Assembly: GCA_035502035.1 (NCBI GenBank)
Contig: DATJUZ010000037.1
Location: forward strand, 136 to 64,135
Length of the DNA stretch: 64,000 bases
Reading direction: 5' to 3'
Origin: Thermoplasmata archaeon
GTDB taxonomy: Archaea > Thermoplasmatota > Thermoplasmata > Lutacidiplasmatales > UBA184
The notes under the pieces are model-generated. The model worked only from the letters and a program-made list of their open reading frames with translations, was not told where the DNA came from and ran no database searches. Shown here piece after piece: positions 28,017-36,629 of this stretch (positions are counted from its first letter, which is position 1; the number at the start of each line of letters is the position of its first letter). The translations under genes were made by a program, and so were the position numbers.

Positions 28017-29027
28017 ATGAGCGGAGCAATCCGGCCCGGCGGGCTCGCGTCGCCGACGGCGGGCGGCTACTCGCTCGGAGACCTCGGTCTGCTCGGGGTG
28101 CTGGGGGTCGTCTGGGGGATCGCCTACGTCTTCATCCGCGAAGGGATCCTCCTCGGCGCCACGCCCCTCGCCTACGCCGCGGCGCGCTACGCGCTCTCGG
28201 CCGCGGCGTTCGCCGCGGTCGCGGCCGGGCGCCGCGAGGCGTTTCCGGCGCGCCGCAACCTCGCGGTCTCGGCGGCCGTCGGGGGCATCCTCGTGATCGG
28301 CCTCTACGGCGGGTTCCTCTACTGGGGGGAGCAGTACACGACCGGGGGCTACGCCTCCGTGCTGTCGACGACCGCGCCGATCCTGACGGTGGTGATCGCC
28401 TACGGCATCCTGCCGAACGAGCGGCTCACCCCGCTCGCCCTCCTCGGCATCGCGGTCGGCTTCGTCGGCGCCGTCGTCCTGGTCCTCCCGAGCCTCGTCG
28501 CCGGCCCGGCGGGGACCGCCGAGGGTCCCCTGTTCGTCCTCGGAGCGTTCGTCGTGGCCGCGCTCGGCAGCGTCCTGCTTCGGGCCTACGGCGGCGGGCG
28601 CCAGGGGCTCTGGCAGATCGGCACGCAGTTCGCCGTCGCGGGCCTCCTGCTCGGCACGGCGAGCCTCCTGCTCCCGACCCGCGAGGCGCTCCCGCTCACG
28701 CCGGCGGTGCTCGGGGCGCTCGCGGCGCTCGTCGTCCTCTCCTCCGTCCTCGGCTACCTCACCTACTTCGCGCTCCACCACCGCGTCGGGCCGATCCGGG
28801 CGAACGCCGTCACGTACCTGATCCCCCTGGTCGGGGTCGCGGTCGGCACGGGGGTCTACGGCGAGTCGGTGACGCCCTTCGAGATCGCGGGCTTCGTGAT
28901 CGTCCTTGCCGGGATGACGCTGCTCGTCCGGGCCTCCCGCGCAGGCCCGGCGACCGGGCCGGGCGGCTCCGCCGCGCTGCCCGCGGGTATCGGGTCGACG
29001 GCTGCCGCGACCTCGGAGCGGCGGTGA
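28017..29027 (+). CDS. EamA/DMT family transporter
   Basis: 336 aa with about 10 TM segments. Two EamA-like halves. Confidence 0.8.
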   Translation: MSGAIRPGGLASPTAGGYSLGDLGLLGVLGVVWGIAYVFIREGILLGATPLAYAAARYALSAAAFAAVAAGRREAFPARRNLAVSAAVGGILVIGLYGGFLYWGEQYTTGGYASVLSTTAPILTVVIAYGILPNERLTPLALLGIAVGFVGAVVLVLPSLVAGPAGTAEGPLFVLGAFVVAALGSVLLRAYGGGRQGLWQIGTQFAVAGLLLGTASLLLPTREALPLTPAVLGALAALVVLSSVLGYLTYFALHHRVGPIRANAVTYLIPLVGVAVGTGVYGESVTPFEIAGFVIVLAGMTLLVRASRAGPATGPGGSAALPAGIGSTAAATSERR

Positions 29028-29881
29028 GCGCGCAGGCCGATCGTGCCGAGCGGTTCCGTGCCCTCCACCGGGCGCGTCACCTGTTCGTCCTGCCGAACGC
29101 CTGGGACGTAGCGAGCGCCCGCGTGCTCGAGGACGCCGGCTTCTCGGCGGTCGCCACGTCGAGCGCCGGGGTGATGGTCTCGCTCGGGTTCCCGGACGGC
29201 GAAGCGATCCCCCGGACCGAGTACGTCGACGCCGTCCGTCGGATCGCGGCCAAGCTCACCGTTCCCCTGAGCGCGGACGTCGTCGCCGGCTTCGGGGAGA
29301 CCCCCCGGGCCACGGCCGCCACGGTCCGCGCCGTCGTCCGGGCCGGGGCGGTCGGGATCAACCTCGAAGACGTCGACCCGCGCACCGACCGGCTCGTGCC
29401 GCTGGAGCGGCAGCTCGCCAAGCTGCGGGCCGCACGGGACGCCGCCGACGATCTCGGGGTCCCGCTCGTGCTGAACGCGCGGACCGACGCGCTCACGACC
29501 GGCCCGTCCGAGCCGGAGGCGCGCTGGCGCGAGGCGGTCCGCCGGGGGCGGGCGTTCCTCGACGCGGGGGCCGACTGCGTCTACCCGATGCGGCTGGTCG
29601 ATCGGGCCGCGATCGCACGCTACGTCCGGGAGGTCCCCGGTCCGGTGAACGTGATGATCCGCCCCGGGCTCCCGACGCTCGCGACCCTCGAACGGCTCGG
29701 GGTCCGCAGGGTCAGCTTCGGGCCGGCGGCGTCGTACGCGGCGCTCGGTCTCCTGCGTCGCGTCGGGCGCGAGGTCCTCGGAGAGCGGTCGTTCCGCTCG
29801 CTCGTCCGGGACGCGCTCACGTTCGCCGAGCTGAACCGGCTCGCGGAGCCGCGCGGCGGCCCCGGACGCTCCCGGCGCTAG
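29024..29881 (+). CDS. isocitrate lyase/PEP mutase family enzyme (methylisocitrate lyase/carboxy-PEP mutase-like)
   Basis: GTG at 29024 overlaps the upstream TGA (GTGA). Motifs FVLPNAWDVASARVLEDAGFSAVATSSAGV, INLED, NARTDA. Confidence 0.85.
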   Translation: MSAQADRAERFRALHRARHLFVLPNAWDVASARVLEDAGFSAVATSSAGVMVSLGFPDGEAIPRTEYVDAVRRIAAKLTVPLSADVVAGFGETPRATAATVRAVVRAGAVGINLEDVDPRTDRLVPLERQLAKLRAARDAADDLGVPLVLNARTDALTTGPSEPEARWREAVRRGRAFLDAGADCVYPMRLVDRAAIARYVREVPGPVNVMIRPGLPTLATLERLGVRRVSFGPAASYAALGLLRRVGREVLGERSFRSLVRDALTFAELNRLAEPRGGPGRSRR

Positions 29882-30617
29882 GGGGCCGCGGGGCCGCCTC
29901 GCCCGGGGCCAGCGCGGGCAGGACGACGGGCCGCCCGGTCTCGAGGGCGCGGGCCCGCAGGATCGGGTAGCTGTTCCGCAACAGGCGAAGCTGCGCCTTC
30001 CGCAGGTGCTCGCCGAACGTCGAGCGGCCCACCCCCTGGGATCGGGCGGCGGCCGACCAGCTCGAGCGCGCGGGGATCTCGAGGAGCCCGGCCTCGTGCG
30101 CGGCGAGGAGCGACCGCAGCTGGGGAGCCGTGAGGCCCTCGAAGAAGTGCACCGAGGCGGTCGGATAGTCGCGGATCCCCTCGAGCCCGTTCCGGTCCGA
30201 GACGGAGAGGATCGTGACCTCCCCGAGCCGGCGGAGACGCTCGAAGAGCCGGTGCAGGCGCGGTCGGTCCGGCGCGATCATCCGGTACGTCTCGGTCCCC
30301 TCCGCGTAGAGCACCGGGGGCAGCACCCAGACCCCGCCGCGCCGGGCGAGGCCGGTGACCGACGGAGGGCTTTCCCACTCGAAGTCCGGGACCGCGAGCA
30401 GCGCCGCCGGGCCGTCCGCGAGCAGGACCCGGCCGTGGAAGCGGCGGCGGAACGCTCCGCGCACCCGGCCGAGCTCCTCCTCGTCCGGTGAGCAGACGAG
30501 CAGGGTATCCCGGCGGTTGTCGCACCAGAGCAGCAGCGTGCTGCCGGGGAACTCCGAGGAGAGGTCGCAGTACGGGCACGGGTGGCGGACGCGGACGTGG
30601 GCGTCGACCACGGCCAT
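29817..30617 (-). CDS. HTH_10 (bacterio-opsin-activator-type) DNA-binding regulator
   Basis: ATG at 30617 (verified; alternative at 30680). C-terminal LTAPQLRSLLAAHEAGLLEIPARSSWSAAARSQGVGRSTFGEHLRKAQLRLL matches the HTH_10 pattern. N-terminal HPCPYCDL motif. Confidence 0.7.
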   Translation of the reverse strand: MAVVDAHVRVRHPCPYCDLSSEFPGSTLLLWCDNRRDTLLVCSPDEEELGRVRGAFRRRFHGRVLLADGPAALLAVPDFEWESPPSVTGLARRGGVWVLPPVLYAEGTETYRMIAPDRPRLHRLFERLRRLGEVTILSVSDRNGLEGIRDYPTASVHFFEGLTAPQLRSLLAAHEAGLLEIPARSSWSAAARSQGVGRSTFGEHLRKAQLRLLRNSYPILRARALETGRPVVLPALAPGEAAPRPPSAGSVRGRRAAPRAGSARRT

Positions 30618-30705
30618 CGTCGTGGGGAGCGCGCGGGAGCCTAATGAGGGAGAGCCGTCCGGGGGCGGCTCCAACGCCATCGGGGGACGGCGCGTAGCCG
30701 AGGTG

Positions 30706-31152
30706 ATGTCCGCGACAACGAAGCGCACCCCGCGCCGAGCCGCCGCTGCGCCCCGCTCCGGTCCCTCGGAGGTCGCCCCGGGGATCTTCGTCGGGGGTTG
30801 GAACGACGCCCTCGGCTTCTCGGGAAGCCGGTTCTGCGTGCTGGACGAGGCGCCGGAGGGGATGCCCGAGGGGACCCACATCCCGATCTACGACGAAGCC
30901 AAGGACGCCCCGATCCGCGCCAACCTCGACCGACTGGCGCGCGAGATCGGGGCGGCCCGCCGGGCCGGCCGTCCGGTGCTCGTCTTCTGCGGCCACGGGG
31001 TCCGGCGCTCCCCGCTCGGCGCGGCCTGGTACCTGCACCGCTCGGAGGCGATCGAGCTCGATGCGGCCTACGATCGGATCCGCGCCGTGCGTCCGAAGGT
31101 CGAGCCGGCTCGGGCGTGGATCGGCGACCTCGAGCCGCTCGAGCGGCCGTAG
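30706..31152 (+). CDS. dual-specificity/protein-tyrosine phosphatase-like protein (CX5R)
   Basis: ATG at 30706 preceded by GAGGTG. Active-site-like motif VLVFCGHGVRRS. 148 aa. Confidence 0.7.
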   Translation: MSATTKRTPRRAAAAPRSGPSEVAPGIFVGGWNDALGFSGSRFCVLDEAPEGMPEGTHIPIYDEAKDAPIRANLDRLAREIGAARRAGRPVLVFCGHGVRRSPLGAAWYLHRSEAIELDAAYDRIRAVRPKVEPARAWIGDLEPLERP

Positions 31153-31165
31153 CCCGGACGCGGCG

Positions 31166-31891
31166 ATGCAGGCCGAGGAGGCCCCGGATATCGGCTGGGT
31201 CGCTCGGCTCAGCGGCCGTCCGGTCGCCGCGGCGACGCGCGCCGTGGCCGAGGCCGCCGCCGCCCACCGCCTCTTCGAGCACCTCGCCCGGGAGCACCGT
31301 GCCGAGGGACGAGCGTCGTACATCGAGATCGACGCGCCGCTCGAGCTGTACGCGCTCGCGCGCCTCGGCCGGCCGCGGCACGTGGTGGAGGTCGGCGTCT
31401 CGTCGGGGGTCTCCTCGGCCTACCTGCTTGCCGCCCTGGAGCGGAACGGGCTCGGAACGCTCCACTCCGTCGACCTTCCGTCCCGGCCCCGACGCGCGCC
31501 GGTCCGCCCGGGAGGGGCCTCGTGGAGCCTGCCTCCCGGACGGTCGTCCGGGTGGGCCGTCCCGCTCGCGCTCCGACGACGGTGGGACCTTCGGCTCGGC
31601 GACAAGGCCGACGTCCTTCCGCTGCTCGCCCGGGAGCTGCCGAGGATCGACCTGTTCGTCTACGACGTACCGCACAACGACGCCGCGACGTTGCGCGAGC
31701 TCGAGATGGTCGACCGACGCATGCGCGCGGGCTCCGTCGCGATCGTCGACCACGGGCCCGGCGGAGAGCTGTGTTCGGCGCTGCGCCGATGGAGCCGGAG
31801 TCACGGCTCCGAGCCGGTCGGTCGCGCCGGCCTCGGGCTCTACGGGGCGCGCCGCGGACCCCGGGCCGGTCGAGGTCGCCCCGGGGCGTAG
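31166..31891 (+). CDS. class I SAM-dependent methyltransferase (Methyltransf_24-like)
   Basis: ATG at 31166, 14 nt after the phosphatase stop. Motif I VVEVGVSSGVSSAYLL and a downstream LHSVDL. Confidence 0.65.
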   Translation: MQAEEAPDIGWVARLSGRPVAAATRAVAEAAAAHRLFEHLAREHRAEGRASYIEIDAPLELYALARLGRPRHVVEVGVSSGVSSAYLLAALERNGLGTLHSVDLPSRPRRAPVRPGGASWSLPPGRSSGWAVPLALRRRWDLRLGDKADVLPLLARELPRIDLFVYDVPHNDAATLRELEMVDRRMRAGSVAIVDHGPGGELCSALRRWSRSHGSEPVGRAGLGLYGARRGPRAGRGRPGA

Positions 31892-31958
31892 CCGGCGGTC
31901 AACTGCGGTTCACCCGTCGCTCATCTGCCGGGACGCCGAGCTAGCCTCGAGGCTCGTC

Positions 31959-32585
31959 GTGCGCGCCCGCCCGGATCCCCTCGGCATCGCGCTCCCCCCC
32001 GCGGTCGCCGGCCCGGGATTCCTCCGGGACGGGACCGAACTGTGGATCCGGCCGTACCACGAGGTCGACCGGGAGCTCGTCGCTCGCTTCGTGCGGGGGC
32101 TGCACCCGGAAGCGCTCGAGCTCCGCTTCTTCTCGGCGGTCCGTCCGTCCGTCGCCGAGGAGGAGATCGTCGCCCCCTCCGAGCCGTCGGACCGCCTCTG
32201 CCTGCTGGCGCTCGGCGAGAGCACCGACCGGGTCAGCCTGATCGGCGTGGGGGAGTACGCCCGGGTCACCGGGCGGTCCCCCCTCGCGGAGGTCGCCTTC
32301 CTGGTCACGGAGGAGTTTCGCGGCGAGGGGGTGGCGAGCCTCCTGCTCGCCCGCCTCGCCCGAGCGGCGCGCGCGTTCGGGATCCGCCGGTTCGTCGCGC
32401 GCATCCGGAGCGGGAACACCGAGATGCTCGAGGTGTTCCGGGCGACCGGGCTGCCGTACTCCGAAGAGAGGGTCGAGGACGAGGTCGACGTCGTCGTGCC
32501 GGTCGACGGCCTCGGGGGTCCGCGAGCTCGACCGGTCCCCCGCCGGTCGCGGCGCGCGCCGCGCGGCGTGCCGGCGGCGGCCTGA
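31959..32585 (+). CDS. GNAT family N-acetyltransferase
   Basis: The start is uncertain. GTG at 31959 is the first plausible start after the methyltransferase stop. VAFLVTEEFRGEGVASLLLARLARAARAFGIRRF is the acetyl-CoA-binding motif A. Confidence 0.65.
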   Translation: MRARPDPLGIALPPAVAGPGFLRDGTELWIRPYHEVDRELVARFVRGLHPEALELRFFSAVRPSVAEEEIVAPSEPSDRLCLLALGESTDRVSLIGVGEYARVTGRSPLAEVAFLVTEEFRGEGVASLLLARLARAARAFGIRRFVARIRSGNTEMLEVFRATGLPYSEERVEDEVDVVVPVDGLGGPRARPVPRRSRRAPRGVPAAA

Positions 32586-32590
32586 ACGCC

Positions 32591-33631
32591 TCAGCCGGAG
32601 CCCGCGGCGGCGTAGGCGCCGCTCGCGAGGTTCCCGTGGCGGGCGAGGCGGTCCAGCTCGGCGAGCAGCGCGAGCGCCTCGCGGCCCTTCGGGGTGATCC
32701 GGTAGGTCTCGCCCTCGTGCCCGAGGAGGCCTCCGTCGACGAGGCGGCGCAGGTGGAAGGCGAGCTTCGGCGAGTCCTCGAGGCCGGCCGCGCGCAGCGC
32801 CTCGGTGAACGAGCACGGCCCGTCCGCCGCCCGGCGTAGGACCGAGCGACGGACCGGGTTCGCCAGCGCCTCGAGGGTGAGGCGCGTCTCCGGGCCGGCG
32901 ACGGCGGCCCGAAGGTCCCGCGCCGCCGTCGCCGAGATCCGGCCCGGGTCGAACAGGACGACCAGGGGCCCCCGGCCGTCCAGCCGGGCGCGCAGGTCCT
33001 CGAGGAACGCGAGGATGTCGGCGCGGCGGTGGTGCGAGAGCAGGCGGTCGGCGTCCTCGAGCAGGACGCCGGCCTTCGGGTGCTCGGCCAGGAAGTCGAC
33101 GACCTGCTCGCGGATCGCGCTCGGGTTCTCGAGGTCCGGGACGAGGACGGTGACCCCGGGGGTCGGCCGGGCGGGGCGCGTCGAAAGCCGCAGGACCGCG
33201 ATCTCCCCGGCGGAGCTCCAGGCGCGGGCGATCGACTCGGCGGTCGGGGGCCGGTCGCCGACGGGAAGGAACCTCGCCTCCTCCTCGAGATGGCGCAGGA
33301 CCGTGCGGACCTGCTCCACCTGGAACGGCTTCTGGACGTACTCGGCCGCCCCGGCCTTCATCGCGGCGACGGCGGTCTCGACGGTCGCGAAGCCGGTGAC
33401 GACCACGAGCGGCGTCGACGGATAGTGGGCCCGCACCTCGCGGAGCAGGTCGAGCCCGCCCTGCCGCGGCATCTTGAGGTCGGAGAGGATCGCGTCGAAT
33501 TCGCCGCGAGCGAGCTCCTCGAGCGCCTTCGCGACCGACGGGCTCACCGTGACCTCGTGGCGGTCGTCGCGGAGAAGCTCCGCGAGCTCCTCGCGGAACA
33601 CCGCATCGTCGTCGACCACCAGCAGGCGCAT
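32591..33631 (-). CDS. response regulator with REC + DUF835 + ArsR-like winged-helix domains
   Basis: ATG at 33631 (MRLLVVDDD). REC elements are DD, the phospho-acceptor context AILSDLKMP, VVVTGF and KPF. The middle region matches my recollection of DUF835. The C-terminus LEALANPVRRSVLRR..KLAFHLRRLVDGGLL is ArsR-like. Confidence 0.8.
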   Translation of the reverse strand: MRLLVVDDDAVFREELAELLRDDRHEVTVSPSVAKALEELARGEFDAILSDLKMPRQGGLDLLREVRAHYPSTPLVVVTGFATVETAVAAMKAGAAEYVQKPFQVEQVRTVLRHLEEEARFLPVGDRPPTAESIARAWSSAGEIAVLRLSTRPARPTPGVTVLVPDLENPSAIREQVVDFLAEHPKAGVLLEDADRLLSHHRRADILAFLEDLRARLDGRGPLVVLFDPGRISATAARDLRAAVAGPETRLTLEALANPVRRSVLRRAADGPCSFTEALRAAGLEDSPKLAFHLRRLVDGGLLGHEGETYRITPKGREALALLAELDRLARHGNLASGAYAAAGSG

Positions 33632-33688
33632 CGAGGGACGGACCGCGGTCAGCACCTTTGAGGTTTCGCCGTCGACCCGGGGGCGGCG

Positions 33689-35257
33689 CTAGCCTGCGCC
33701 GGAGGCGGCCGCCGGCTCGCCGGGGGCGAGCGGCAGACGGACGACCAGGCTCGCCCCCCCGCCCGCCATGTTGCGCGCGAACACGGTCCCCCCGTGCGCC
33801 TGGACGATCCCGTGGCAGATCGCGAGGCCGAGGCCGGTCCCCCGTCCTTCCGGCTTGGTCGTGAAGAACGGCTCGAAGATGTGCGGCAGCGCCTCCAGCG
33901 GGATCCCCGGGCCCGAGTCCCGCACCTCCGCCTCCGCGAACTCTCCGGCGCGGCGCACCTCGACGACGATCCGGGGCTCCCGGGCGTTCTCGAGGGCGTC
34001 GTAGGCGTTCAGCAGCAGGTTCGTCAGGACCTGCATCAGCTGGCCGCGGTCGCCCAGGATCGTGAGCGGATCAGACGGGTAGCGCTCCTCGACGGCGACG
34101 GTCGCCGACTGCTTGCCGCTGAGGAAGCGGACCGCCTCGCGCGCGACGTCCGCGAGGTCGACCGCGGCGACCTGCGGGTCGCTCCGCCGCGCGAAGTCCA
34201 GCAGGCCCCGCACGATCCGGGCCGCGACCTCGACCTGGCCGACGATCGTCTCCGCCCGACCGCGCGTCCACGCATCGGCCGACCGGCGGCGGAGGCTCTC
34301 CGCGACGAGCATGACGTTCGCGAGCGGCGTGTTGATCTCGTGGGCGACGCCCGCGGCGAGCTGGCCGAGCGACGCCAGCCGGTCGGAGTGGGCGGCGACG
34401 CGCTCCCAGGTCTTGTGCTCGGTGAGGTCCACGGCGACCCCGACGTACTGGGTCGTTCGCCCGGCGTCGTCCTTGACCGCCGTGATCGTGAGGAAGACGG
34501 GCCGCTCGCGTCCGCGGCGGTCGCGGTTGGTGATCTCGCCCGACCAGTGCCCCCGTGCCGGGTCGAGCAGGGCGGCCCACATCCGCTCGTAGAGCTCCTT
34601 TCCGGTCCGGCGGCTGCGCACGAGGTTCGGCCGCTTGCCGAGGCACTCGGCCCGCGTGTAGCCGTACGTCGCCTCGAACGCCGGGTTGACGTCGATGAGC
34701 ACGCCCGCAGGATCGGTGACCTCGATCGCATTGCTCGACGTCAGGAACGCCTCGTAGTGGAGACGGGCACGATCCCGCTCCCGGACCCGGGAGGAGGCGT
34801 CCAGGAGGACGACGACGAGGCGGGGCGGACGCTCGGCCGTGCCGGCCACGGCCGAGAGGTGGACGTCCAGGAAGAGGGGGCCTCCGTCCGGGCCTCCGGG
34901 GGCGGGCATCCCCTCGGCCGACCACCGCTCGCCCGCGACCGCCTCCGCGGCGAGGGCGCGCTCGATCGCCGCCCCGGCCGCGGAGGAGGCGAGCAGCGGC
35001 ACGTCGCGGAAGCTCCTCGCGCCCTCCGACGACGGTCCGGAGGAGCCCCGCCACCGGGCGAACGTCGCGTTCTCCCAGGCGATCGTCCCGTCCCGGTCGA
35101 CGAGCAGGAGGCCGAACGGGGCCCCGTCGAGCACGTCGTGGAGCGCGCGGATCGTCCCGGGCACGTCGGTCCCCTTCTCCGCCCGAGGCACGGCCGGTCC
35201 GCGGCAAAGGGGCTTCGGCCGCGCTCCCGGGTCAACTTCGCTCGACTTTCGCTTCAT
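33689..35257 (-). CDS. PAS-domain sensor histidine kinase (cytoplasmic)
   Basis: ATG at 35257 (verified). Two PAS-like regions. H-box AHEINTPLANV, N-box LLLNAYDAL, G1 DSGPGIP, G2 GTGLGLAI. Confidence 0.85.
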   Translation of the reverse strand: MKRKSSEVDPGARPKPLCRGPAVPRAEKGTDVPGTIRALHDVLDGAPFGLLLVDRDGTIAWENATFARWRGSSGPSSEGARSFRDVPLLASSAAGAAIERALAAEAVAGERWSAEGMPAPGGPDGGPLFLDVHLSAVAGTAERPPRLVVVLLDASSRVRERDRARLHYEAFLTSSNAIEVTDPAGVLIDVNPAFEATYGYTRAECLGKRPNLVRSRRTGKELYERMWAALLDPARGHWSGEITNRDRRGRERPVFLTITAVKDDAGRTTQYVGVAVDLTEHKTWERVAAHSDRLASLGQLAAGVAHEINTPLANVMLVAESLRRRSADAWTRGRAETIVGQVEVAARIVRGLLDFARRSDPQVAAVDLADVAREAVRFLSGKQSATVAVEERYPSDPLTILGDRGQLMQVLTNLLLNAYDALENAREPRIVVEVRRAGEFAEAEVRDSGPGIPLEALPHIFEPFFTTKPEGRGTGLGLAICHGIVQAHGGTVFARNMAGGGASLVVRLPLAPGEPAAASGAG

Positions 35258-35283
35258 CTCCGACGAGGGGGGTGCGGTACGGC

Positions 35284-35658
35284 ATGGCGGCGGAGACGCT
35301 CGTGGTCGAGGAGACCCCGAGCCTCGGCAGCTCCGTCGTCGCCCTGCTCGAGGCCGACGGGCTGGAGGTGCGCCGGTTCCCGGACCTCGCCACCGCCGAG
35401 CGGTTCCACGAGCGTTCGTCCGCGTCCCATCCGCTGGTCGTCGTCGCCTCGAACGCACACTCCTGCCCCACGGCCGGGCGGTGGGGCCTCGGCCCGCTGC
35501 GCGGAGCGGCGCTGGTCGTCGTCGGCACCCGCGACCCCGCCCTGCGCTCGGCCGGGCGCCTGTTCGTCGTCCGTCTGCCGCTCGTTCCGCAGCAGCTGCT
35601 CGAGCTCGTCCGGGGCCTGCTCGGGCCCGCGGACCCTCCGCCGGGCCGCCCGGACTGA
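35284..35658 (+). CDS. receiver-like (pseudo-receiver) single-domain protein
   Basis: ATG at 35284 (or GTG at 35272), with GAGGGGGG upstream. GC3 is about 95%. It has a CheY-like beta-alpha pattern, but DD becomes EE (VVEE), the phospho-acceptor Asp is missing (VVVASN), and the conserved Lys is replaced (RLPL). Confidence 0.5.
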   Translation: MAAETLVVEETPSLGSSVVALLEADGLEVRRFPDLATAERFHERSSASHPLVVVASNAHSCPTAGRWGLGPLRGAALVVVGTRDPALRSAGRLFVVRLPLVPQQLLELVRGLLGPADPPPGRPD

Positions 35659-35687
35659 TCGGCTCCGCCGTACCCGAGGTCGACGCG

Positions 35688-36629
35688 CTACGCCGGGGCC
35701 CCGACCGGGAGCCCGGGGGGGGTCGACGGCGGAGCGCTCGCGCGCTCGCGGGCCAGGAGCTGCTCCCATCGGAGGCGGACCTCGTCGCCGAGCTCGTGGA
35801 GGTCGTCGGCCGTCCAGTGTCGGAACCGGCCCTGGCGCCGCACGTACTCGTCGACCGGTTTCAACGTCCCGGTCCGCCGGGTGATGCGGACGACGCCGTC
35901 CTCGACCTCGTAGAGGGGGAAGATCCCGGACTCCGTCGCGAGCCGGCCGAGCGCGATCGTCTCCTCGCTCGAGAACTTCCAGCCGGGCGGGCACGGCGCG
36001 AAGACGTGCAGGAACCTCGGGCCGCGGAGCCGCGCCGCCTTCTCGGCCTTCCGGACGAAGTCCTCCGGGTACGCCGGGTTCGCGGTCGCGGCGTAGGTCG
36101 GATGGTGGGCGAGCACGATGCTCATGATCTCCTTCTTCGCCTCGCGCTTGCCCCGGCGCTCGCCCTCGACCGGGGTGGTCGTCGTCCAGGCGCCGCGCGG
36201 GGTCGCCCCGCTGCGCTGGATGCCGGTGTTCATGTAGCCCTCGTTGTCGTACATCACGAACAGCGCGTCGGTCCGACGCTCGAGCATCCCGCTGAGCGCC
36301 TGAAGTCCGATGTCGGCGGTGCCGCCGTCGCCGGCGAAGCCGACGACCGTCACGTCCGCCACGCCGAGGGCGTCCAGGGCGGCGCGGATCCCCGAGATCG
36401 ACGCGCCGGTCGACTCGATCGGGTTGTCGAGCACCGGCACGGCGAGGGCGGTCGTCGGGAACGGCGTCGCGATCACGGTCCAGCAGCAGGCCGGGATCGA
36501 CAGGATCGTCCGCGGTCCCAGCCCCTTCAGCAGCAGGCGCATCGCGAGCGCGGGCCCACAGCCGGGGCACGCCGCGTGCCCCCGGTACATCAGCTCCTGG
36601 TCCGGGATCGTCTTCTTAGCCATCGGCAT
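35688..36629 (-). CDS. 2-oxoacid:ferredoxin oxidoreductase beta subunit (TPP-binding)
   Basis: 313 aa. Motifs GHAACPGCG, FAGDGGTADIGLQAL, YDNEGYMNTGIQRS. The substrate (pyruvate, 2-oxoisovalerate or 2-oxoglutarate) cannot be decided by eye. Confidence 0.9.
   Translation of the reverse strand: MPMAKKTIPDQELMYRGHAACPGCGPALAMRLLLKGLGPRTILSIPACCWTVIATPFPTTALAVPVLDNPIESTGASISGIRAALDALGVADVTVVGFAGDGGTADIGLQALSGMLERRTDALFVMYDNEGYMNTGIQRSGATPRGAWTTTTPVEGERRGKREAKKEIMSIVLAHHPTYAATANPAYPEDFVRKAEKAARLRGPRFLHVFAPCPPGWKFSSEETIALGRLATESGIFPLYEVEDGVVRITRRTGTLKPVDEYVRRQGRFRHWTADDLHELGDEVRLRWEQLLARERASAPPSTPPGLPVGAPA

Noticed and set aside
26706-28781. 691-aa minus-strand ORF
   Set aside because: It runs through the tRNA, the Zn-ADH (in a different frame) and the antisense of the EamA transporter. 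It is Arg/Gly/Pro/Glu-rich.
26725-29900. Integrated element next to tRNA-Leu
   Set aside because: No integrase is present, and no visible direct repeat of the tRNA 3' half was seen. The flanking genes (ADH, DMT transporter, PEP mutase family) look like ordinary metabolism.
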